DNA from: Azolla caroliniana
Taxonomy: Eukaryota > Plantae > Polypodiophyta
DNA: 64,000 bases
Assembly: GCA_043228905.1 (NCBI GenBank)
Contig: JBHGNT010000002.1
Span: 4,278,001-4,342,000 of the forward strand
Direction of reading: 5' to 3'
The notes under the pieces were generated by a model, which was not told the origin of the DNA, made no database searches, and was given only the letters and a program-made list of their open reading frames with translations. Position 1 is the first letter of the stretch; every line of letters starts with the position of its first letter. Shown piece after piece: positions 50,208-61,880 of this stretch. The position numbers and the translations under genes are program-made.

Positions 50208-53200
50208 AGTATAGGGAAAAGGGTAGGAGGAGGAGGGAGAATGACAAGTAGGCTGGAGGAAAGGAAAAATTGGTTCAAACTGTCAGGAATAGTACTAAAG
50301 CAGAGATGGAATTAGTACTAAGAAGAGTAGTACTATTAGTACTAAGAGGACAGGACTGCGTAAGATTCCCGAGAGAGGAAGTGAGAAGAGGAGAGAGAGA
50401 GAGAAAGATGATGACAACAGTTAATATATTATGTGAAAAGATAAGTACAAAGCGGCTGAGAGGCTTAAGACTGGCGTTGAACCAATTTGGTTCAACATAA
50501 TGCCTAGTGCCTTCTTTTATAGTGTTGTCAGGAGTAATTCTGAAACTTCTAGAATGTTCCAGAGAAATCTGGAATATACATTACTTTCTTATAATAAAAC
50601 ATAAATGAAAATAATATCCTATGAATTACAATAGATGGTGTGATAGTTAAGGGCTCGACCCATATACCATAAGGTCATGGGTTTGAGTCTTGTCATATCA
50701 TGACACATAAGCTCGAAGCATGTCCTCAATAATTTGATTAAGTCGTTCAGTTTGTCCATCAGACTGAGGATGATTTTCGGAACTCATGCTCAACATAGTT
50801 TCTACCTTATTAAAAACTTGAGTCCAAAAGTCATGAGTAAACTTGGAATTTCGATCACTAACAATATCCATAGGTAATCCATAAAAATGAAATAATTCAT
50901 CAACAAATTGATAAGCCAATTGTTGAGAGGTTACCATGGTTTTTGTAGGAATAAATCTAGCCAATTTTGTTAGTCGGTCAATGACAACCCAAATGGCATC
51001 ATATGACCACTCTTTGTACGAGGTAAACTAACAATAAAATCCATCGAGATACTTTCCCATTTGTTGTTGGGAATATCTAAGGGATGTAAAAGACCAACAT
51101 CTTTAAGTCGTTCCGAGTTATTAATCTTACATTGTAAGCATTGAGTCACGTATTTATGCACGTCAAAGCGCATCTTAGGCCAGGAAAAAGTACTCGAGAT
51201 GAGAACAAGTGTGTGTTGTATTCCAGGATGACCAACATATGGTGCATCATGACATTCATGAAGAATTTTTTGTTTTATGTTTGGTAAATCTGGAACACAA
51301 ACCTTTCCACTATGGTAGAGCAAATTGTTTGTAATGTGAAAGGTCACCTTCGAGGGTAGGGTGCTAGTAACAACATCTAAACCAGATTTGGATTTCGTCC
51401 AATTTTTCGAGAAATAACTATCATAAAGGTATTTCTCTCGAAGGTGATCTAAAAGATCAAAGATTTTATTTTCGTGAAGCTAAGCATGTTAACTTCTTTA
51501 ATGCGTCTAAGAGCTTCCGCAACAGTGTTCATAAAACCCTTGCGATACCGTATGGAAAAATCAAAATCTTACATAAGGTCAGCCCAACGGCCTTTATGAC
51601 CAACAAGATCTGGTTGGTCATAAAAATACTTCAAGGATTGATGGTCTGTTGTCACCACAATTTGATTTCCATAGAGATAATGCCTCCATGTTTTTAGTGC
51701 ATGTATTACCGCGAACAACTCTTTATCTTGAACCGAATACTGAGATTGAGTAGCATCAAGATTTTTACTTTCAAAAGCAATAGGGTGACCACATTGATAA
51801 AGGACGACACCAATAACATAATCACTAGCATCGGTTTCGATTGAGAAAGGCTTGGAAGGGTCCGGTAAAAGAAGAGTTAAAGCTTCACACACATGCTCTT
51901 TGAGTGTCTCAAATGATTTGTCAAGTTGTTCATTCCATGAAATTGGTTTGACAAACTTACATGGATGACCTTTTCAAAGACCGTTAGTTAATGGCGTAGT
52001 CAATTTAGAATAATTACGAATTGATTTTCGTAAAATCCAACAAATCCTAAGAATGATCGAAGTTCACGAATATTATGAGGAATGGGCCAAAGTTTAACCT
52101 TTTCAATACGAGAAGGTTCAATTTCAATGCCTTTTTCCGTAATTAAATGACCTAGGTACACAATAGATTATTGGAAAAAATGACATTTTGAATGTTTTGC
52201 ATAGAAAGAGTTGTCATGCAACTTTTGCAAAACAAATCGAACATGTTGAACATGCTCTTGCAAGGTACGACTATATATCAAAATATCATCCAAGAAGACG
52301 ACAACAAAATCACCAAGTTGATCTTGGAAAATTTCATTCATCATTTGTTGGAATGTGGCTGGAGCATTAGTCAACCTGAAAGGCATGACTAAAAACTCAT
52401 ACTGGCCTTAACACGTACAAAAAGCAGTTTTAGGAATATCATCCTTGGTAATGTGAATCTGATGATAACCTGTTCGTAAGTTAATTTTCGTAAAATATTG
52501 GGCCCATGCAAACAATCAATCAAATCATCGCCATGAGGTAACGGATATGCATTTTTAATTGTCATTTTATTCAAATTGCGATAATTGATACACATTTGTT
52601 ATGAACCTTCCTTCTTCTTAACTAATAGAACTGGCACACCCCAAGGTGATTTACTATACCTAATGTGGCCCATACTTTTGTATTCCTTAAGTTGTTTAGC
52701 GATCTCATCCTCTTCTAATCGACTAAGCTGGTAAGGTGGAATGCTCACAGCACCGGGGAGGAGTTCAATTTGATGGTCCACATTACGTTTTAGTGGTAAA
52801 GTAAGCGAAAATTCATTAGGAAACACGTCTTGAAAATCGTCTAAAATATAGTCGAGTAATTGTTGTTCATAATGTGGTTACTGTAATTTTGTGGCTTCAA
52901 TATTAAAATAATAAAATTGAAGCGTAAGATCAATTACACACGTGTAAATTAATGAACTAGAATACACACTTAAAGATTTAGAAGACACAAGTGAATGAGA
53001 AAGAAGTTTGGAACATTGAATAAAATGTTTACAATTATTAAGTTCAAATGTGATTGAGTGATTAACCACATCAATGGACAAAGAAAGGTTTTTATTAAAA
53101 ACCAAGGGTATCCTACAATGACATCTACGGATTGTAGTTTCATAACATGAAAGTCAAGCTTCTCCAAATAGGTATCTATTTGAATTGACAGTTGACAAAC

Positions 53201-56200
53201 AATGCCACTGATGTATTGAATGCTTCCATTTTCCATGTGAACTTGATAGATATGATCACTTGCGTTTATGTGGAGTCGCATTTGTTGCACAAACTAATCA
53301 TTAAGAAAATTGTGAGAACTACCGGAACCAAACAAGAAATGTGCTTGTGTTCCATTGATATACCCAACTGCTTGGAGTAAATCATTAGGTCCAAGTAAAT
53401 GTGAAGGAAAAGTGCATTCACATGAACTTAAGTGGTTGGTATGAACTTCAATAACGTCAAAAGACTCACCTGTGTGACTTGTAGATTTTTCTTAAGGAGG
53501 GGTGTTCATTGACTTCCTCTCAAGACGACGACAAGTATTCTTTGTGTGGCCCCGCTTCTTGCAATATGCACAGAAGAGGTTTGGTTTCTTGGAGTCGTGA
53601 TCAAGAGTGTCATTGGATTGCTTACGTTTCCCAATGAACTTAACATTCAGAGTTTTGGCGAACTCTAATTTATTGTGGTCTTTCTTGGAAGTCCTATGGT
53701 ACCGAAGTACAATGTGACGGCTTCCTCGAAAGTTGTGGGATCCTTATCATGGACAATCCAATGGCAATCCACATTGGGAATACCATTCAAAAAACAAGCG
53801 ACAAACCATTTCTCACCTATAAGTCCCGATTTTTGGATCTGGGTCCGAGCATGATGCACATAATCCTCGAGAGAGGTAAATGGTTTACTCGACAACGTGA
53901 GCAAGTGTTGTGCTTGTTCGGTTTGAGAAGGTGGTTGCAAGAACAGTTTCTTAAAAACATCAACGAAACCTTCCCAAGTTGTGGGTAAGTTCTTTGTAGT
54001 CCTTAGGTCGCGCCACCAAGTAGCAACTCAACCACCTAACTCACGACCGACATAACCAAATTTTACAGCATTGGGCTTGGGGTGGAGCTCAAAGTGAGAC
54101 TCCCAACGACCAAGCCAAGTGCTAATGGCCTCCTCGGTTCTTTCTTTCTTATCTCCCTTGAATGGCGTTACTACGAAAGAAGGTTCACCTTCCTTCTAGG
54201 ACTCAATAGTCAATTCTTGGAATTTCTTTTCCAATGCCATATTGGCTTGCCTCATTTCGGCCAATTGATTCAAGGTAGTAGTGAGCAATTGCTCAATACT
54301 GATCTCAGCTTGTGTGCGAGATGCGGATTGGAGTTGAGAGGTCTCAGTCTGAGAGATTGCTCCAACAACGTTCAAAACTTGTTCATGATGCAAGGTGTGG
54401 GTATGCAATATAAATAAGGAGGTTCGGAAAATACACAAGCAAAATGAATGCTTGAAATTTTGATTGTTACAAGAACTTTACCAAGAAAGCATCTCATGTC
54501 TTTACCCCTCTAGACATATGAGATGTGATTCGAGATCCGATAACTATGGTAACACTATGGTGTTTTAAAAACCATGGGGGAAAACATAGCTAAGATGTCT
54601 TTCTCGGATCTCTATCTTGAATAATCATGACGGCTCCCCGAGGCTCAACCATGGTTCTAACATCAATGTAGTTTCCTAGTTAGCCTTATATTAGAATGCC
54701 AACCCAACATGTATTGATATGGTAGAGAAAGTATATTACGTGGAAAACAAGTGCACTCGCAAGTAATATTCTAGTCTTGCGAGTAGCAAGCAAATGTTAT
54801 GAAAAAAAGAGAAAAAGAAGTCACTATCTATAAGAGTCACGAAGTGACAAAAACAAGGTTCAAAAACCATGCGTGGTCTACCAAACAAAAATACCACCAA
54901 TAAATGGATGGTGCAAGGTATGCATATATCCATCCCAATATGGCGATTGTAATGTGCACAATTGTGACATAAGCCGCAAGTTGATACAAATGGTGGTGGT
55001 GTTGTGCGCAAAGATGTAGTACTCAAATTTATGAGTATTTAAACATCAATAGGGGAACTCATGTGTTTTTAATCGAGTTCTAAGGCTCAATTACATGAGT
55101 TAAACCTAGAGGACACTTTGGAAAAAATATTTAAAATGCGGCATGATGCCCACTTAATACGAAAAAAATAGACTACACAAAATCGTTACCCAATAGGGAA
55201 ACACAAGTAAATAGTGTAGATGAACATACAAATTAAGGTTAAAAAAATAGTGAAGTGTGGGTGGGTAGATGAAAATCATAAGAAAATCTTAAGAAAGGGA
55301 GAAGATAACTTGTGTAATTAGAAAATAGGTAGAATAATAATCAATTAGGTGTATTGTAAAGAATCGATGGTGATTCTTGGGTTGTGGAATAGACTAGAGA
55401 TATCTGTTGTGAGTGTGTGTGTATGAGAGAGAGAGTGAGTGAGAGAGAAACACAAGATAGATTAGATAGACATTAGAATACTCAAGAAGATGTATATTAC
55501 AAATGAGATTAATCGACCTGATTACAAAGTAGGAGGAGAGTGCTTTATATAGTCACTCTCTTTCTTCATTAACTACCAAAGCTCATGGGTCATGGGGAAT
55601 GTGAAAACTCATTAGTTATGACACATAGTTAATGTGTAGATAAGAGTGGTGACTTTTGACTTTTAAGTGCACACTCTCAAGGGTGTGTTCACACACTAGA
55701 CTAGGTTGAGCTTGATTCTCAACACGCCCCCTCAAGCTCAACTTTGGTCGGCTACTTCGGTTGATGTCCACTTCGGCTCGTATCCGGTTTGGATGGTATC
55801 CGGTACACCCGGTGTCGTGATGTTTTTCGCCCATGGTGAGAAAACCGAGCGGGATAGAGAAAACGGAGATGTGCAACATTGCACATGAACTTAGGGAAAT
55901 TGTAAAATAGGGACAAATAAGCAAATGTAAAGTGCAAGGAGTTAAGGTGCTCTACAAAGTTGTTAAGTGTGAATGTGATGTGCACTTTGTGGACTAGAGG
56001 GAGGTACATAGAGAATGAGTGTAAGAGTGATGGGCATTGAGTAGGATGGCTAGAGGAGAGAGAGTTAAGGCCCATCAATCTCGAGATTGGGGCAAATATT
56101 CTCCTTTGAATGAAAAGGGGAATTGACCACTCCTATTGTATTGTGCCTCACCCCTTACCACTATAAAAGGGAGTGAGGGGTCCCTTTTGAGGGGTTGCCT

Positions 56201-56401
56201 ATTTTGCGTATGGGAGGTATACCACTTAGTCTAGAGTTCTTACCGTTTTAGGGTTAGGGTTTCATTTAGGGTTTCCTTATTCATCTTCGGTTAGGGTTTT
56301 CTCATAGTCATTTGGTGTGGCCCATGCAGCCACCATTGTTGTAATCATTCGTTTGTTTAAATATAACTTGTTGAGTATCTTGCCTCCGCCGATCTCTCCT
56401 T

Positions 56402-56759
56402 TGTTGGGATTTACGGTCCCTCCGGATGGGATGTCCGGAGATGGATGACGGCAAGCCCGGTTGCGGTTACGGAACCGGAGGATGAAGAGTACCCGGCATG
56501 AAGCCGGATGAAGAGTACCCGGCTACGGAGCCGGATGATGAAGACCCGGCTACGGAGCCGGATGATGTATGTACCCGGAGAGAGATCCGGATGCGGGGAC
56601 ATATTTGTGAATATGTTTGCCAAGGGCCCTTGTGGTTATATTTGTAAATAGCCTGAAAGTCATATGTGTATAAATATGACTTAGGGCGAACTGTTTATTG
56701 GTGCTGTAAGTTGTTGCTTATTTTTCTGTTTTTTCACTTAGAGAGAGTGAAGAGAGCAG

Positions 56760-56794
<35 letters not shown>

Positions 56795-59700
56795 GAGGAG
56801 GTCGTTGCCTCTGTGTATTACCGCCGCCTGTGGCGAAGATAGTGAGCTCAAGGTTGTTGCCTTGAAGCTTCACCATTGTACATCTCTGTTCATAGTGATA
56901 GCTGGAGTTTGAGGACTCCCGTGGTTTTTCCCATTTAGGGTTTTCCACGAAAAATATCCTGTGTACTCTTCTCTCTACTATCTTCGTGTACTTTGTATTT
57001 CCTATTTTCTGTGAGTAAATCCTATTGCTCGGTTGTGGCCGAGCACCGCGTGCAACAAAGTGGTATCAGAGCGACGGTAACACAGAAAATGGAAGGCGGC
57101 AGCAGCGGGCAGCCGGGGATGATGGTGCTGAATGCGCAGAATTACGCCGACTGGAAGATCAAGATGGAGGATCTTCTTATTGTTCGGGACCTGTACGAAC
57201 CGATTGACAGGTCGGAAATACCGAAGGGGGTACTTGAGTCGGAATGGAGGCTTCTGAACCGGAAAGCCGTTGCAACCATTCGGCAATACGTCGATGTAAG
57301 TGTTCTGCAACATGTGGCGAACGACACCAACGCATACGAGATGTGGCGGAAGCTGTCGGGCCTCTACGAGAGGAAGAATGCGTTGAACCGGACCTCCCTG
57401 ATGAGGAAGATAGTGAACCTCAAGTACCGGGACGACGAGAGTATGGTGGAACACGTAAGCACGTTCATGGGATTCGTGAACCAGCTTGCGGCGATCAAGT
57501 TCCCGTTGGAGGATGCAATGCAAGCCATCATCCTGATGTGTACATTGCCGGACAGCTGGGAGAACTTGGTGGTGACTCTCAGCACCTCCTGCACCGAAGA
57601 TAACTTGTCTCTACAAACGGTAAAGACAAGTATCTTGAACGAAGAAGCGCGTCGGAGAGATAAAGAACCGGCCTCCGACTCGAAGGCGCTGCTTACCGAA
57701 TCGGAACGGGGAAGACAATGGAACCGGAGTCCGCAAAGACGGGAGAAGTCGGGGACCCGGTCGCAGTCAAGAGGAAGACCCACATGCTTCCACTGTGGGA
57801 AGCCGGGGCACTTCCGGAAGAATTGTCGGCATTACCGAAAGGACAGCGGAGCCGACGACACCGATTCGAAGAAGTCACCGGAGAGAAACGGTGCATACAG
57901 GGGAGCCACGGACCGGAGAGGTTCGGATCGGCGAGGGCAGGACCGGAAAGGAACGACGGCACTCGCGGCAAGTGAAGAGGAGATCATGCTCATTACCGAA
58001 GAAAGGGAGCTGAACCTTGCCGGCGATGAGACGACCTGGGTGGTCGATTCCGGAGCATCGTTCCACCTGACCCCGGAGAAGAAATACTTCTCATCCTACA
58101 TAGCCGGCGAGCACGGCTTTGTCCGGATGGGAAATGAAGGTACATGCCGGATTGCCGGCATAGGAGACGTGTGGTTAACAACCTCGACCGGATGCAAGAT
58201 GCTGCTGAAGGATGTTCGACACGTTCCGGAGGTTCGATTGAACCTGATTTCGGCCGGGAGGCTAGACGATGAAGGCTACACAGGTAGCATCCGGAACGGT
58301 GTCATGAAGTTCAGCAAAGGGAGCCTGATAGTGGCTCGGGCCCGGAAGGTCAACACCCTGTACCTGATGAACTCCCGGCTATGTCCGGAGGAGCTGAACG
58401 TGGCAGCCGACACTGCCGGTGAGCTGTGGCACAAGAGACTGTGCCACATGAGCGAGAAGGGGATGAAGAGGCTTGCAGAAGACAACCTCATTCCAGTGAA
58501 GCATGTGCACCTGGAGAAGTGCACCGACTGTCTGGCCGGTAAGCAAAACCGGACCTCCTTCCACTCAAGGCCACCGACGAGACGTGGCGCACCATTGGAG
58601 TTGGTGCACACTGACGTGTGTCAGGTAGAAACGAAGTCACATGGCGGAGCCCAGTACTTCGTAACATTCATTGATGATCACAGCCGGAAGCTGTGGACGG
58701 CACCGTTGAAGACAAAGGACCAAGTACTGTCCGTCTTCAAAGAACTCCACGCGAGAGTGGAAAGGGAATCCGGCAAGAAGCTGAAAGCGATACGAGCGGA
58801 CAACGGAGGAGAATACCGGGGACAGTTCCAGGAGTACTGTCGCTCGAAGGGAATCCGGCTCGAGTTTACTGCGCCGAAGACGCCGGAACTAAACGGGCTG
58901 GCCGAGAGGATGAACCGGACCATAATGGAGAGGGTCCGGAGTATGCTGGCACATGCGAAATTACCCAAGGGGTTTTGGGCTGAGGCAATGTCGACGGCGA
59001 CATACGTGATAAACAGATCACCCTCAGTACCTTTGGACGGAGACACGCCGCAGAAAGTGTGGACCGGTAAGGAAGTGTCCTACCGGCATCTGAAGGTGTT
59101 CGGGTGTCTCGCTTACGTGCATGTGGCAAAGGACCGGAGAGGAAAGCTAGATCCAAAGACCCGGCCATGCATATTCCTCGGTTACGGCGACGACGAGTTC
59201 GGCTACCGAGTATGGGACCCGGTCGACAAGAAGATATTCAGGAGTCGAGATATCATCTTCATGGAGGACAAGACACTCGCCGACTTGGAGTCGGAGAAAA
59301 AGATGAAGAGCTCCAAGTCGACCGGTGAGGATAAACTCTACGAGGAGCAGTCCCGACCGGCAAGGGACCGGTTAACACTCGAAGATCCGGCCGAAGACGG
59401 TGAAGAAATAGAACCGGCCGAAGAAGATGAAAATGATACCGGAACCGGCCCCGATCCTGAAATGGATTCGGATGAAGAAGAATCGGAAGAACCGGTTACC
59501 GAAGCTCCGGAACGGAGATATCCTCTAAGAGAGAGAAGGGCCCCCCGGAGATTTCCGGAACCAGAGCATGTGCTGCTAACCGACGAGGGGGAGCCGGAGA
59601 ATTTTGAAGAAGCAGAGCTTGACACACATAGCCGCAGGTGGTTAAGTGCCATGCAGGAGGAGATGGATTCCCTGCATGAGAACCACACATATGAACTTGT

Positions 59701-61584
59701 GGAGTTGCCGAAAGGAAAGCGGGCACTTCGAAACAAGTGGGTGTTCAAGCTGAAACCGGGAGATGCCGGAAACCCCCCGAGATACAAAGCCAGGATCGTG
59801 GTGAAGGGGTTCCAGCAGAAGAAGGGCGTCGACTTCGACGAGATATTTGCCCCGGTAGTGAAGATGACCTCCATCCGGACGGTGCTGAGCATAGCGGCAA
59901 GCATGGACCTCGAGGTAGAACAGATGGACGTGAAGACGGCATTCCTTCACGGTGACCTCGAAGAAGAGATCTACATGCAGCAACCGGAAGGATTCGAGAA
60001 GAAAGGAAAGGAGCACCTGGTATGCCGGTTGAAGAAGAGCCTCTACGGTCTGAAGCAGGCTCCCCGGCAATGGTACCGGAAGTTCGACTCCTTCATGACA
60101 GACGAAGGGTACCACAAAACGCAGTCTGATCACTGCGTGTTTGTGAAGAAGTTCGAAGGAGGAGACTCTCTGATACTCCTCCTGTACGTGGACGACATGT
60201 TGATCGTCGGATGGGACCAGGTCAAGATACGGATGCTGAAGAAGGCTCTTCACCGAACCTTCTCAATGAAAGACCTGGGTCCGGCGAGGCAAATACTAGG
60301 GATGCACATCATCCGGGACCGGAAGAAGAAGCAGTTGTGGCTGTCACAGGAGAAGTACGTGACAAAGGTGCTTAAACGGTTCAACATGTCGGAAGCAAAA
60401 CCGGTCGGATCGACTCTCCCGGCAAACTGCAAGTTGTCCAGCAAGCAAAGCCCCAAGACAAAGGCTGAGAAGGAGGACATGATGAAAGTACCATATGCCT
60501 CTGCCGTCGGAAGCTTGATGTACGCAATGGTGTGTACAAGACCGGACATAGGATATGCAGTTGGAGTGGTGAGCCGGTACATGAGCAATCCCGGCAAAGA
60601 GCATTGGAACGCGGCCAAGTGGATACTCCGATACCTGAAGGGCACGGCAAACGTGTGCCTCCGATTCGGATCCGGTAAGCCCGAACTCGACGGCTTCACC
60701 GATTCGGATATGTCAGCTGATGCAGATACCAGCCGGTCCACATCAGGATATGTGATGACGTATGCAGGGGGAGCTGTTTCCTGGCAGTCGAGGCTGCAGA
60801 AGACGGTTGCGTTGTCAACCACGGAGGCGGAGTACATGGCGGCTGTTGAAGCCGGCAAGGAAATAATATGGATGAAGGACTTCATTAGAGAGCTCGGTAT
60901 CCGGCAGGAGGAGTACCGACTCTACTGCGACAGTCAGAGTGCCATCCACCTTGCGAAGAACGCGGCCTACCATTCCCGGACGAAGCACATCCAGCGAAGA
61001 TATCACTGGATCCGGGAAAGGATAGAAGACAAGGAGTTCGTGCTGACGAAGATCCACACGGACGAGAACGGGTCGGATATGCTGACTAAGGTACTTACAC
61101 CCGACAAGCTGGAAGCATGCCGGAAGAGGATCGGATTGGAGAGACATCCCATGCCGAAGTGAAGGGGGAGTTTGTTGGGATTTACGGTCCCTCCGGATGG
61201 GATGTCCGGAGATGGATGACGGCAAGCCCGGTTGCGGTTACGGAACCGGAGGATGAAGAGTACCCGGCATGAAGCCGGATGAAGAGTACCCGGCTACGGA
61301 GCCGGATGATGAAGACCCGGCTACGGAGCCGGATGATGAAGACCCGGCTACGGAGCCGGATGATGAAGACCCGGCTACGGAGCCGGATGATGTATGTACC
61401 CGGAGAGAGATCCGGATGCGGGGACATATTTGTGAATATGTTTGCCAAGGGCCCTTGTGGTTATATTTGTAAATAGCCTGAAAGTCATATGTGTATAAAT
61501 ATGACTTAGGGCAAACTGTTTATTGGTGCTGTAAGTTGTTGCTTATTTTTCTGTTTTTTCACTTAGAGAGAGTGAAGAGAGCAG

Positions 61585-61617
<33 letters not shown>

Positions 61618-61880
61618 GAGGAGGTCGTTGCCTCTGTGTATTACCGCCGCCTGTGGCGAAGATAGTGAGCTCAAGGTTGTTGCCTTGAAGCTTCACCATT
61701 GTACATCTCTGTTCATAGTGATAGCTGGAGTTTGAGGACTCCCGTGGTTTTTCCCATTTAGGGTTTTCCACGAAAAATATCCTGTGTACTCTTCTCTCTA
61801 CTATCTTCGTGTACTTTGTATTTCCTATTTTCTGTGAGTAAATCCTATTGCTCGGTTGTGGCCGAGCACCGCGTGCAACA
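56402..61880 (+). mobile_element. Element G: intact, very recent Ty1/copia (Tnt1/Tork-like); LTRs 56402-57057 and 61173-61880
   Basis: TSD TCCTT, TGTTG..CAACA termini, tRNA-iMet PBS TGGTATCAGAGC at 57061 and PPT GAAGGGGGAG at ~61161. The LTRs differ by one substitution seen, one GA unit and two 27-bp repeat units. Confidence 0.97.
57089..61162 (+). CDS. Element G gag-pol polyprotein, 1357 aa, uninterrupted
   Basis: CFHCGKPGHFRKNC knuckle; WVVDSGAS protease; WHKRLCH / HTDVC / RADNGGEY / NGLAERMNRT integrase; QMDVKTAFLHG / YVDDML RT; TDSD / CDSQSA / KHI RNase H. Confidence 0.96.
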   Translation: MEGGSSGQPGMMVLNAQNYADWKIKMEDLLIVRDLYEPIDRSEIPKGVLESEWRLLNRKAVATIRQYVDVSVLQHVANDTNAYEMWRKLSGLYERKNALNRTSLMRKIVNLKYRDDESMVEHVSTFMGFVNQLAAIKFPLEDAMQAIILMCTLPDSWENLVVTLSTSCTEDNLSLQTVKTSILNEEARRRDKEPASDSKALLTESERGRQWNRSPQRREKSGTRSQSRGRPTCFHCGKPGHFRKNCRHYRKDSGADDTDSKKSPERNGAYRGATDRRGSDRRGQDRKGTTALAASEEEIMLITEERELNLAGDETTWVVDSGASFHLTPEKKYFSSYIAGEHGFVRMGNEGTCRIAGIGDVWLTTSTGCKMLLKDVRHVPEVRLNLISAGRLDDEGYTGSIRNGVMKFSKGSLIVARARKVNTLYLMNSRLCPEELNVAADTAGELWHKRLCHMSEKGMKRLAEDNLIPVKHVHLEKCTDCLAGKQNRTSFHSRPPTRRGAPLELVHTDVCQVETKSHGGAQYFVTFIDDHSRKLWTAPLKTKDQVLSVFKELHARVERESGKKLKAIRADNGGEYRGQFQEYCRSKGIRLEFTAPKTPELNGLAERMNRTIMERVRSMLAHAKLPKGFWAEAMSTATYVINRSPSVPLDGDTPQKVWTGKEVSYRHLKVFGCLAYVHVAKDRRGKLDPKTRPCIFLGYGDDEFGYRVWDPVDKKIFRSRDIIFMEDKTLADLESEKKMKSSKSTGEDKLYEEQSRPARDRLTLEDPAEDGEEIEPAEEDENDTGTGPDPEMDSDEEESEEPVTEAPERRYPLRERRAPRRFPEPEHVLLTDEGEPENFEEAELDTHSRRWLSAMQEEMDSLHENHTYELVELPKGKRALRNKWVFKLKPGDAGNPPRYKARIVVKGFQQKKGVDFDEIFAPVVKMTSIRTVLSIAASMDLEVEQMDVKTAFLHGDLEEEIYMQQPEGFEKKGKEHLVCRLKKSLYGLKQAPRQWYRKFDSFMTDEGYHKTQSDHCVFVKKFEGGDSLILLLYVDDMLIVGWDQVKIRMLKKALHRTFSMKDLGPARQILGMHIIRDRKKKQLWLSQEKYVTKVLKRFNMSEAKPVGSTLPANCKLSSKQSPKTKAEKEDMMKVPYASAVGSLMYAMVCTRPDIGYAVGVVSRYMSNPGKEHWNAAKWILRYLKGTANVCLRFGSGKPELDGFTDSDMSADADTSRSTSGYVMTYAGGAVSWQSRLQKTVALSTTEAEYMAAVEAGKEIIWMKDFIRELGIRQEEYRLYCDSQSAIHLAKNAAYHSRTKHIQRRYHWIRERIEDKEFVLTKIHTDENGSDMLTKVLTPDKLEACRKRIGLERHPMPK

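Larger units (their letters stand above)
45041..50705 (-). mobile_element. Element B: full-length Tcn1/sushi-like chromovirus related to A; LTRs 50281-50705 (5') and 45041-45465 (3')
   Basis: 425-bp LTRs with ~7 mismatches, TSD CATAA on both sides and PPT at 45466-45478; inserted into the C2 integrase. Confidence 0.96.
43466..55354 (-). mobile_element. Element C2: old degenerate Ty3/gypsy chromovirus (same LTR family as C1), host of insertions A, D1, B and F
   Basis: 43466-43526 is the reverse complement of the C1 LTR start, with PPT at 43527-43535. Chromodomain (KIKW..DDATWE) at ~43540-43720. Integrase continues across D1 and B (..LRAYV|AKTPSKW..EFAYN..YGFQP|). RH/RT ([10 protein letters not shown])/PR/gag at 50706-54440. 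54740-55354 matches the C1 leader. Confidence 0.88.

Noticed and set aside
54645-54672. Degenerate second PBS/LTR end (GGTTCTAACATCAATGTAG) in the C2 leader
   Set aside because: Several mismatches to the tRNA-Met PBS and no matching LTR or TSD found.
56246-56300. TTTAGGG/TTAGGG telomere-like units
   Set aside because: A few scattered telobox-like motifs inside the family D LTR; not an interstitial telomeric array.
57002-61225. Numerous long antisense and alternate-frame ORFs over element G (and over TPS, A and B)
   Set aside because: Expected shadows of GC-rich coding sequence; no independent motifs.
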